Assembly (NCBI RefSeq): GCF_000010625.1 | Contig: NC_010296.1 | Span: forward strand, 1,680,001-1,712,000 | Source of the DNA: Microcystis aeruginosa NIES-843 | GTDB lineage: Bacteria; Cyanobacteriota; Cyanobacteriia; Cyanobacteriales; Microcystaceae | Direction of reading: 5' to 3' | Length of the DNA: 32,000 nucleotides | In this document: positions 25,140 through 32,000 of the stretch, in pieces | Layout: the number at the start of each line of letters is the position of its first letter | How positions within the stretch are numbered: the stretch's first letter is position 1 | The notes under the pieces: generated by a model | Told to the model about the DNA's origin: nothing | What the model saw: the letters and a program-made list of their open reading frames with translations, nothing else | Databases searched by the model: none | Position numbers and translations under genes: made by a program

Positions 25140-25559
25140 CTAATGAGAGTTGGTTAATTCGGCAATTAATTGTTCAGGAGTGATAATTCGTGGTGTGACA
25201 ATGGGGAAATCTTGAGGATTACGGGTAATAATTGCATCCAATTTATTAACTACCGCGGTAGAGTATTGAATAGAATCTTCAAAATCCTGAAAATTGGTTG
25301 TGAAAGCCATTATAATTGCATCCTGATTTACTGTAGCAATTTGACAAAAAGTAATTAACTGCTTTAAATAAGTAAGCGTCCAATCTCGACCTCTTGCCTT
25401 ACGGATAATATAATACAAATCACTAAAAGTTGAGGCGGAAATATAACCTGCAATTGTGCCTTTTTCAATTAGTGATAAAACTTGTTCACTTGCATTCCAA
25501 AAAGGTTCTCTTTCTAAGGCATTATCAATAATGATATTAGTATCTATCAGGATTTTCAC
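25140..25559 (-). CDS. PIN-domain ribonuclease toxin (VapC-like)
   Basis: 139 aa with the MKILIDTNIIID start typical of PIN domains. There is a 4-nt overlap with the upstream small ORF. Confidence 0.8.
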   Translation of the reverse strand: MKILIDTNIIIDNALEREPFWNASEQVLSLIEKGTIAGYISASTFSDLYYIIRKARGRDWTLTYLKQLITFCQIATVNQDAIIMAFTTNFQDFEDSIQYSTAVVNKLDAIITRNPQDFPIVTPRIITPEQLIAELTNSH

Positions 25560-25840
25560 AGGTTATATTTCTCCTTTAAATATTCATATTTAGCTTGATC
25601 TGGATCAAAGTCTGCCGGAATGGCAGGGGCATTTTCAAATAAACCCTGAAATGCTTTGATCCTAGATTTTCTTTTTGGTGCTTCTGGTGCTGGTTCAGTG
25701 GTTGGGGTTGTGGTATGATCAAGGGTATCTGTGGCTGCCCAAACTACAATTTCCACATTTCCGGGGGGTAAATTCAGGGGTTCGGTAATCAGCAAGTTAC
25801 CAGATTGATCAATTTTTCCTTTGAGTTTGTATGCTTGCAT
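25556..25840 (-). CDS. antitoxin partner of the PIN toxin
   Basis: 94-aa ORF directly upstream of the PIN gene and overlapping it. Confidence 0.6.
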   Translation of the reverse strand: MQAYKLKGKIDQSGNLLITEPLNLPPGNVEIVVWAATDTLDHTTTPTTEPAPEAPKRKSRIKAFQGLFENAPAIPADFDPDQAKYEYLKEKYNL

Positions 25841-25916
25841 GATGTTTTTTATGATACTCTGTTTTTATATCATATCATAGTGAACAAAATTCACGCTCTA
25901 AATTTGGGTTTAAATT

Positions 25917-26507
25917 ATGATAACTACACTCATCGAACGAGAAGCAGAACCAATTTTAATTAGTGACTTAACCTGGAGAGAATTTAAAGCTGTTGAACAG
26001 CTAATCGATCGCCCAGGGTTAAGGTTATCTTTTTTAGATGGAGTTTTGGAGATTAGAAAAATGCCAGGGAAAAAACACGAAACTATCAAAGAACGTATTG
26101 GTGCTTTACTAGAAATTTATTTAGAATTTTTGGGATTAGATTTTACTCCTACTGGTTCTGTCACCTTAGAAAATGAATTTGAAAAGGTTAAAAGAGAAGG
26201 TGATAAATCCTATGAGTTGGGAGCCAATAGAAAACATCCTGATTTAGTGATTGAGGTGGTTGTTAGTAGTGGAGGAATTGATAAACTGGAAGCATACAAA
26301 CGCTTACAAATTCCCGAAGTTTGGTTTTGGATGAATGATGAGTTATTGTTTTATAGTTTAGGAAATGAGGGATATGAAGCTGTTAGTAAATCGCAACTTT
26401 TACCGAGTTTAGATGTAGGTTTATTGATGCGCTGTATTAATACAGAAAATCATGCTCAAGCACTGCGGGAATTTAGAGCAGGGATAAAAATTATTGAATC
26501 AACATAA
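25917..26507 (+). CDS. Uma2-family (DUF820) putative endonuclease, intact copy
   Basis: 196 aa. The pattern ...GDKSYELG...HPDLVIEVVVSSGG...KLEAYKRLQIPEVWFW is typical of Uma2/DUF820 PD-(D/E)XK proteins. Confidence 0.8.
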   Translation: MITTLIEREAEPILISDLTWREFKAVEQLIDRPGLRLSFLDGVLEIRKMPGKKHETIKERIGALLEIYLEFLGLDFTPTGSVTLENEFEKVKREGDKSYELGANRKHPDLVIEVVVSSGGIDKLEAYKRLQIPEVWFWMNDELLFYSLGNEGYEAVSKSQLLPSLDVGLLMRCINTENHAQALREFRAGIKIIEST

Positions 26508-26766
26508 CAATATAAAATGGTGATTTTTTCCGCCTATCTAAAGATTATGGGTTAACTTAACAGTTGCAGAATGCCAAGAATTAAATTTTCAATATTCCAG
26601 CGAAAGGGAACAAGTTTTTAACCGTTTCATCGCCTCCGTATTATTAGAAGAAAGACGAGCAGGTAATATTCCTGCTTGGGAAGGAATTAGGATTGTCAGA
26701 GAAAGGATTTAATAGCGATATTAATCCTTTAAAAGACAGTATTTTTTTGAAAATGCTCTCATTTCA

Positions 26767-27969
26767 TCAACTCAATAACCAATCTAGATGATCCTGTAAA
26801 CATTGCTTGAGGTCGTAGCGTTGCTTGATAGTTTCCCTGGCCTTTAAACGCAGATTTTGCCAACCCTGGGGATAATCTAACACTTCATCCACGCGATCGG
26901 CTATTTGTTGGGGAGAAAAGAAATCCACTAATAAACCATTTTCCCCATCAGTAATTAATTCTCGCACGGGGGGAGTATCGGAACCAATCACGACGCAACC
27001 CATGGCCATAGCCTCTAACATTGACCAAGAAAGCACAAAAGGACGAGTAAGATAGATATGGGCGGCCGATGCCTGTAAAACCTGTTTATATTGACCGTAG
27101 GGCAGAGAACCGGTAAAATGCACCCGGGATAAATCCAAAGAAAGGCTTTCTAACATCAATTGTTTATAGGTTTTGCCGTCCGGTAGAGTTTTCCCATAAG
27201 CAACCCGATCCTCCCCGACAATCACCACATGACAGTTAGGCCGACGGGCTAAAATTAGGGAAACAGCCGTCATAAATTGGGGAAAACCGCGATAGGGTTC
27301 CATTCCCCGGGTTGCATAGGTGACAATCTCCTTAACACCGGATAAATCTAAACCTATCTCTGGAATGACTAACTGCACATCGGGACGGGGACAGAAATAG
27401 TCCGTATCGATGCCATCGTGTAAAACCGTGAGTTTAGAGTGAAATTCGCGGGGAAATTGTTGTTTTTGCCAGATAGTCGGCGATAAACCTCGATCGCAAC
27501 TGACCAGATCGATGAGGATCGGGGCATTTTTAATTCTAATCCGGGCCTCGGCATCAGCATTAAGCGGATCCGCCGGATCAAAATCAGCATCGGAACCATG
27601 GGCATGATAAAACCATTCAAAATAGGCTAAAAACTTAGTTTTCGGGAAAATATCCTTGATAAATAGGCCTGGCCCCCAGCCAGAATGTGCATAGACAATA
27701 TCGGGATAAAATCCTTGATTTTTCAGTTGTTGGCAAACAGCATAAACCGCTTGACCTTGCAAAACCGCACTTTCGAGGGGACGGACATAATGATGGGTTT
27801 GGGGAGAAACAGCGCGACTTTCCTTGTAAATAAATTTTTTTACCCCCGCTATCTCTCCCTCTTGCCTGGTAGTGCCGAAAATCACTTGATTTCCGGGGTC
27901 TTGAGCCAAAACCGTGATTAAATGGCGAAATTGGGCGGGAAAATTGGAATGAAGGAATAAAAATTTCAT
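26767..27969 (-). CDS. glycosyltransferase, GT4 (group 1) family
   Basis: 400 aa with a GT-B C-terminal pattern (SWSMLEAMAMGCVVIGSDTPPVRELI..GENGLLV). Confidence 0.8.
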   Translation of the reverse strand: MKFLFLHSNFPAQFRHLITVLAQDPGNQVIFGTTRQEGEIAGVKKFIYKESRAVSPQTHHYVRPLESAVLQGQAVYAVCQQLKNQGFYPDIVYAHSGWGPGLFIKDIFPKTKFLAYFEWFYHAHGSDADFDPADPLNADAEARIRIKNAPILIDLVSCDRGLSPTIWQKQQFPREFHSKLTVLHDGIDTDYFCPRPDVQLVIPEIGLDLSGVKEIVTYATRGMEPYRGFPQFMTAVSLILARRPNCHVVIVGEDRVAYGKTLPDGKTYKQLMLESLSLDLSRVHFTGSLPYGQYKQVLQASAAHIYLTRPFVLSWSMLEAMAMGCVVIGSDTPPVRELITDGENGLLVDFFSPQQIADRVDEVLDYPQGWQNLRLKARETIKQRYDLKQCLQDHLDWLLS

Positions 27970-27982
27970 CGCAGGTAAAGGT

Positions 27983-29083
27983 TTAGAAAAAGCGATCGCT
28001 AATCGTACATTGTCCCTGAAAACGGAGCAGATGATCGCATAATACCAAAGCCATCATCGCTTCGACCATGGGGACCGCTCGGGGTAAAACACAAGGATCG
28101 TGTCTTCCTTTGGCTGCCAGGGTGGTTTCTTCTCCGCTGCGCGTCACGGTTTTTTGTTCTTTACCGATAGTCGCGGTCGGTTTAAAAGCGGTGCGGATAA
28201 TAATATTTTCACCGTTACTGATTCCCCCTTGGATGCCCCCCGAACGATTGCTAGTGGTGCGAATTTCCCCGTTATTATCGATAAAATACTCGTCATTGTG
28301 TTCGCTGCCGGTTAAGAAGGTTCCCGCGAATCCCGATCCGATTTCAAATCCCTTACTCGCGGGTAAGGACATCATCCCCTTAGCTAAATCGGCTTCTAGC
28401 TTATCAAAAACGGGTTCTCCTAGACCTTTCGGCACATTTCTGGCTACACATTCCACCACACCGCCGATCGAGTCCTTATCCAGGCGAATTTGGTCGATCA
28501 GGGCGATCATTTTGGCGGCCGTTTCCCCGTTGGGACAACGCACTATATTACTTTCCACCTCGTCGAGGGTGACGGTGTTGGGGTCGATGATTGCCTCAAG
28601 ATCTTTAATTCGCTTCACATAGCCGATAATCTCGACATTATAGACAGATTTAAGTATTTTTTTAGCGATCGCTCCTGCGGCCACCCGGCCGATGGTTTCC
28701 CGGGCCGAAGATCTGCCTCCTCCTTTCCAGTTGCGAATGCCGTATTTTGCTTCGTAGGTGGCATCCGCATGGGAAGGTCGGAATTTCTCGGCCATTTCGT
28801 TGTAATCTTGCGAACGAGCATCCTGATTCCGCACTAAAATAGCGATCGGTGTACCGAGGGTTTTGCCGTCAAAAACGCCCGAAATTATCTCACAAATGTC
28901 ATTTTCTCGGCGCGGGGTCACGATTCTGCTTTGTCCCGGTTTGCGACGGTCTAAATCGATTTGAATCTCCTCTTGGGAAATTTCTAAGCGCGGGGGACAA
29001 CCATCGATAACCACTCCTACCCCACCCCCGTGAGATTCTCCAAAAGTGGAAACCCGAAATAGTCGTCCGAAAGTGTTACCCAT
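27983..29083 (-). CDS. aroC: chorismate synthase
   Basis: 366 aa with [31 protein letters not shown] and GRHDPCV motifs. Confidence 0.95.
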   Translation of the reverse strand: MGNTFGRLFRVSTFGESHGGGVGVVIDGCPPRLEISQEEIQIDLDRRKPGQSRIVTPRRENDICEIISGVFDGKTLGTPIAILVRNQDARSQDYNEMAEKFRPSHADATYEAKYGIRNWKGGGRSSARETIGRVAAGAIAKKILKSVYNVEIIGYVKRIKDLEAIIDPNTVTLDEVESNIVRCPNGETAAKMIALIDQIRLDKDSIGGVVECVARNVPKGLGEPVFDKLEADLAKGMMSLPASKGFEIGSGFAGTFLTGSEHNDEYFIDNNGEIRTTSNRSGGIQGGISNGENIIIRTAFKPTATIGKEQKTVTRSGEETTLAAKGRHDPCVLPRAVPMVEAMMALVLCDHLLRFQGQCTISDRFF

Positions 29084-29128
29084 AATCTCAATGTCTATTA
29101 AGCCTCAAGGTTTTATTGTACCTGAGCG

Positions 29129-29171
29129 GTTATCAGTTATCAGTGATCAGTTATCAGTTATCAGTGATCAG
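29129..29171. repeat. heptamer array (GTTATCA/GTGATCA x6) with conserved tail
   Basis: Read directly. It is inverted relative to the 29836-29873 array. Confidence 0.9.
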
Positions 29172-29481
29172 ATGTGAGTTTTTAGTGGACAGTCTTAAGT
29201 AGAAAATTGCCGTTTTCTTGTCACTGATGCCATTTTTCAAAAGTAATCGCAGAGATGGTTAATTTCCCTTACCCCCACAACCAAAGGGAGAGGGGAGTAA
29301 AATGCCGGCTCTCTTATTCTTTGTGTGATAAGTTTAACTTATATAAGACCGATCAATCTTTGTGTCCTTTGTGTCTTTGTGGTTCGTTCCATTTGCTCGC
29401 CAGCAGGAATGTATTTTAGAATACATTTTACCCACCAAACCCAAGAGAGTAAAATGCCTGCTACGAATAAAGGAAAATAGT

Positions 29482-29830
29482 TTGACATCCTCGCCGCCCT
29501 AAAAGTGCGGCGATTCCTAAACCTCACGATTTAAGTTTCTGCTTCCACCACCGTCGCATACCACAGTTAAAAAACCATGTACTGTCTTACACAGAGTCCA
29601 CAGACTTTCGCCCCATTTCAGAAGCCCGATTCCGTGTGTCCCACGGTACGTTGACCGCCTATAGCTTCTTGTACTTGTTGCGCGCGACTTTTTACCCGGC
29701 CAAGCTTTTCTGGTCGGAACCCCCTAAGCCGAGTTTTCAAGGTGCTGCGCCGTCCACTTGGTTTTCGAGACTGGCCTTTTAATTCTAACGTAAAGCCAAC
29801 CTAGAACGGCGGGGTTTCAGACCCAAAATT
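29482..29830 (-). mobile_element. possible IS200/IS605-family relic (tnpB 3' end / right-end, omega-RNA-like structured region)
   Basis: There is no long ORF. Broken minus-strand frames read ...QEAIGGQRTVGHTESGF* and ...GGGSRNLNREV*, which I recall as reminiscent of cyanobacterial TnpB C-termini. The hairpin TCGCCGC/GCGGCGA (29491-29513) is followed on the minus strand by TCAA (29485-29482). The strand is ambiguous. Confidence 0.25.
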
Positions 29831-29835
29831 TCCGA

Positions 29836-29873
29836 TGATTACTGTTTACTGATCACTGTTCACTGATAACTGA
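29836..29873. repeat. heptamer array in inverted orientation (TGATTAC TGTTTAC TGATCAC TGTTCAC TGATAAC)
   Basis: Read directly. It is the reverse complement of the GTNATCA family. Confidence 0.9.
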
Positions 29874-29946
29874 AAGGTCTCCTGTCTTCAGGTTAAGCTC
29901 CCAAAAAAAGGCTATTCTTTACCTTATATTCCTCGGCAGAAATTTG

Positions 29947-30666
29947 ATGACTTCCTTGTTGGTTCACACTTATCCTTCTCTTGTCAAGGGTATTTTAATT
30001 AAACGTTACAAACGCTTTTTTGCCGACATACAACTGGACAACGGAGAATTAATTACGGCCCATTGCGCTAATACCGGACCGATGACGGATGTATGCGTAG
30101 AGGGTCAACCGGTTTATCTTTCCCGTAGTGATAACCCGAAGCGAAAATTAGCTTATACCTGGGAGATGATTCAACTGGGGGAGACTTGGGTGGGAGTTAA
30201 TACCAATCTTCCTAATCAGGTGGTGAAAAATGCCCTGTTGCAAGGAGTTTTTCCCGATTTGGTCAAAAATGAAACCGAGGTGCGATCGGAAGTGGCCTAC
30301 GGTCAAAATAATGGCAGTAGAATTGATTTTCTTTTGACCCATGGGGATAATTCCCTCACCTATATCGAGGTCAAAAATACCACTTGGAATCAGGGAGAAA
30401 CGGCACTTTTTCCCGATACTGTCACCACGCGAGGACAGAAGCATTTACAGGAATTAATGGCTTTATTGCCGGCAGCGGAGGCGATTATGCTCTACTTTAT
30501 TAATCGGGGTGATTGTTACCGATTTGCTCCGGGGGATAGTAAGGATACTAAATACGGGCAGTTATTGCGTCAAGCAGTGGCTAAAGGAGTCAAAGTTTTA
30601 CCCTGTCGCTTCCAAGTGACACCCACGGGAATTTATTATTTAGGTTTAGCAGAATTGCAGCTGTGA
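29947..30666 (+). CDS. sfsA: sugar fermentation stimulation protein A homologue (SfsA nuclease-like DNA-binding protein)
   Basis: KRYKRFFADIQLDNGELITAHCANTGPM and IEVKNTT motifs. The track ORF starts at TTG 29944; the ATG is at 29947. Confidence 0.9.
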   Translation: MTSLLVHTYPSLVKGILIKRYKRFFADIQLDNGELITAHCANTGPMTDVCVEGQPVYLSRSDNPKRKLAYTWEMIQLGETWVGVNTNLPNQVVKNALLQGVFPDLVKNETEVRSEVAYGQNNGSRIDFLLTHGDNSLTYIEVKNTTWNQGETALFPDTVTTRGQKHLQELMALLPAAEAIMLYFINRGDCYRFAPGDSKDTKYGQLLRQAVAKGVKVLPCRFQVTPTGIYYLGLAELQL

Positions 30667-30885
30667 AACGAGTAGTTTATACCAAATTTCTAAATCCATG
30701 ACAGACATCCACGCTCGAATGCTTGCCAAGCCTGTATTCGTTGTGACGCGAATAAAGAAAAATGGTATTAGATCGGCCGGCTTTTGACAAAATCCCCCAG
30801 ACCGCAACTGACCTTGAAAAGCTTAGAGACACAGTTACCTGTGCCTCTAATGGGGATTTTGTCGATACATATTTGAGGTAATTTG

Positions 30886-31446
30886 TCAAGGTTTTTGATA
30901 ACTAATTCCGTGGCGCATTTTCTCTAATTTCTGTTGCACCTGAGCATCGAGAGAATGGAATAAAAAACGCCCTTTGGGACTTTGAGAAGAACTCTGGGAT
31001 TTTCTCAGACGACGACCGGTTAAATCCACCTCGATTTCCAGACGTTGAGCGGAAATCCACTGGGCCCCATAACCCATAACGGTCATTTTTTGGGCATTAT
31101 CAGAAGTAGCGACGATAATGCGTCCGATAGCTGGGGCGCGATCGTGCCAAAAATCGGCACAGGTTTTCTCGATATAGGTGTCGGCGGTTTGAGCGTGAGC
31201 GGTAAAATAAACCGATAAATGGTTAGTGTAGCGTTCTTGGCTGCCGGGGGTGTCTTGAAGGTAGGAATCGAAGACGATTTGGGTTTGATAACCCTGATGG
31301 TGGGTGTAACCGATTAGGGTTTCAATTAACTTGTCTCGCGCCGGTTCGAGACCGTGGCGATCGCTGATTTTTTTCAGGGACGGCCAAGCGCCGATGACGT
31401 TGTAGCCGTCAACCAGCAGAAGGGAACGATCAGAAGAATTAAGCAT
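30886..31446 (-). CDS. NYN-domain / YacP-like (DUF901) predicted ribonuclease
   Basis: LLVDGYNVIGAWPSLKK...IVFDSY...VATSDN is typical of YacP/NYN proteins. The ORF opens at 31539, but Met at 31446 (MLNSSDRSLLLVDGYN) gives the usual length. Confidence 0.75.
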   Translation of the reverse strand: MLNSSDRSLLLVDGYNVIGAWPSLKKISDRHGLEPARDKLIETLIGYTHHQGYQTQIVFDSYLQDTPGSQERYTNHLSVYFTAHAQTADTYIEKTCADFWHDRAPAIGRIIVATSDNAQKMTVMGYGAQWISAQRLEIEVDLTGRRLRKSQSSSQSPKGRFLFHSLDAQVQQKLEKMRHGISYQKP

Positions 31447-31519
31447 GGCTTTGAGAGTAATTCGTGTGGCATTAAGGGCAGTTCTAAAAAACAGCATCTT
31501 AATGATATTAACAAAAAAT

Positions 31520-32000
31520 TTAGGATTCTCCCGCCGCACTGGCCAATAATCTCGCTTTTAAGTCTAGGGGATTTCCCCGATCCGTTACCTTGCCCCCCTC
31601 TAATAAAAATGCTCCATCGCTGTAATCCAATTCCTCCAGGCGATGCGTCACCCAAAGGGCCGTAATCCCCCGGTTTTTGACCAATTTCTGCACTTGAGAG
31701 ACTAATTCTAGCTGGGTATCACCATCCAAAAGGGCGGTGGGTTCATCAAAGAGCAAAACCTCGCAATGACGAGCTAAAGCCCCCGCAATGGCGATTCTTT
31801 GCTTTTGTCCGCCACTGAGAGCATAGATCGGTCGTTTTTCCATTTCTAATAAATTCACCGCCCCTAGGGATTCCCGCACCCGCGCCCGAATTGCCGGCGT
31901 GGATAAACCCTCGGATACCAACCCAAAAGCCACATCTGCCCCCACTGTTGGCATCACTAACTGATGGTCGGGATTTTGAAAAACAAAACCGAGGGGGTTA
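31520..32000 (-). CDS. ABC transporter ATP-binding protein (ECF/CbiO-like), N-terminus beyond the right edge
   Basis: LSGGQKQRIAIAGALA signature, Walker B LLFDEPTALLD and H-loop VTHR. The frame stays open upstream of 31957 (...NPDHQLVMPTVGADVAFGL) to the window end. Confidence 0.85.
   Translation of the reverse strand, partial: NPLGFVFQNPDHQLVMPTVGADVAFGLVSEGLSTPAIRARVRESLGAVNLLEMEKRPIYALSGGQKQRIAIAGALARHCEVLLFDEPTALLDGDTQLELVSQVQKLVKNRGITALWVTHRLEELDYSDGAFLLEGGKVTDRGNPLDLKARLLASAAGES

Noticed and set aside
26542-26712. Start-less open frame (...LTVAECQELNFQYSSEREQVFNRFIASVLLEERRAGNIPAWEGIRIVRERI*)
   Set aside because: It reads like a protein C-terminus, but it has no ATG/GTG/TTG after the upstream stop and I recognise no family. 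It may be a gene remnant at the islet border, but the support is too weak to annotate.
28068-28837. Several long plus-strand ORFs (184, 115 and 71 aa) and 28615..28821(-) within aroC
   Set aside because: They lie antisense or off-frame within the highly conserved chorismate synthase gene. Their length is explained by the GC-rich codon bias of aroC.
29339-29527. 62-aa minus-strand ORF in the aroC-sfsA spacer
   Set aside because: It spans hairpins and repeat motifs, has an R/F/W-rich odd composition and has no RBS. The region is better interpreted as non-coding structured DNA.
29530-29830. Known housekeeping RNA (tmRNA, RNase P RNA, SRP RNA, 6S RNA) in the structured spacer
   Set aside because: I could not find the hallmark strings: no tRNA-like ...CTCCACCA 3' end or GGGGCTG 5' end for tmRNA, and no GAGGAAAGTCCGGGC or ACAGAAnnCCGGCTTA for RNase P. 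I cannot exclude 6S RNA without a covariance search, so I make no RNA gene call.
30677-30889. 70-aa minus-strand ORF between sfsA and the NYN gene
   Set aside because: I recognise no motif and the start context is poor. It would sit directly after the NYN gene with no spacer and looks like a chance ORF in the intergenic region.

Overview
This window looks like cyanobacterial chromosome, probably Microcystis-like. Supporting signs are 13 exact HIP1 octamers (GCGATCGC), an OCP/FRP photoprotection pair, a PEP-CTERM protein, GTTATCA-type heptamer arrays and MITE-like repeats. Core genes: ABC1/UbiB-type kinase, PabB/TrpE-family synthase, ArsP-like permease, chorismate synthase, a GT4 glycosyltransferase, SfsA, a NYN/YacP protein and an ECF-type ABC ATPase cut by the right edge. 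The best-supported unit (8378-14320) is a guanidine-I (ykkC) riboswitch with a terminator expression platform. It precedes a ureohydrolase-family gene, HypA-like and HypB-like genes, and a NitT/TauT-type ABC importer. This matches the Ni-dependent guanidine hydrolase operon (gdmH-ghaA-ghaB plus transporter) known from Synechocystis, except for one extra unknown ORF and a MITE-like insertion. Visibly AT-richer, HIP1-free accessory islets interrupt the core: (i) a relE-type toxin-antitoxin (TA) cassette bracketed by about 130-bp direct repeats that carry a near-consensus promoter; (ii) a Dam-family methyltransferase with an unrecognised PD-(D/E)XK partner, followed by TA remnants; (iii) a 3.8-kb islet flanked by a duplicated Uma2 gene 5' part, holding an AAA-ATPase/PD-(D/E)XK fusion and two PIN-type TA modules. 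Other points of interest: a ParA-like ATPase overlapping an Rx4H HEPN gene at the left edge; a PEP-CTERM gene split by a G11 tract inside its signal-peptide codons (possible phase variation); and a structured, ORF-poor 750-bp region between inverted heptamer arrays that may be an IS200/IS605 (tnpB 3' end / omega-RNA-like) relic. No tRNA, rRNA or CRISPR array was found. All calls come from reading the sequence and ORF translations; no database search was run.
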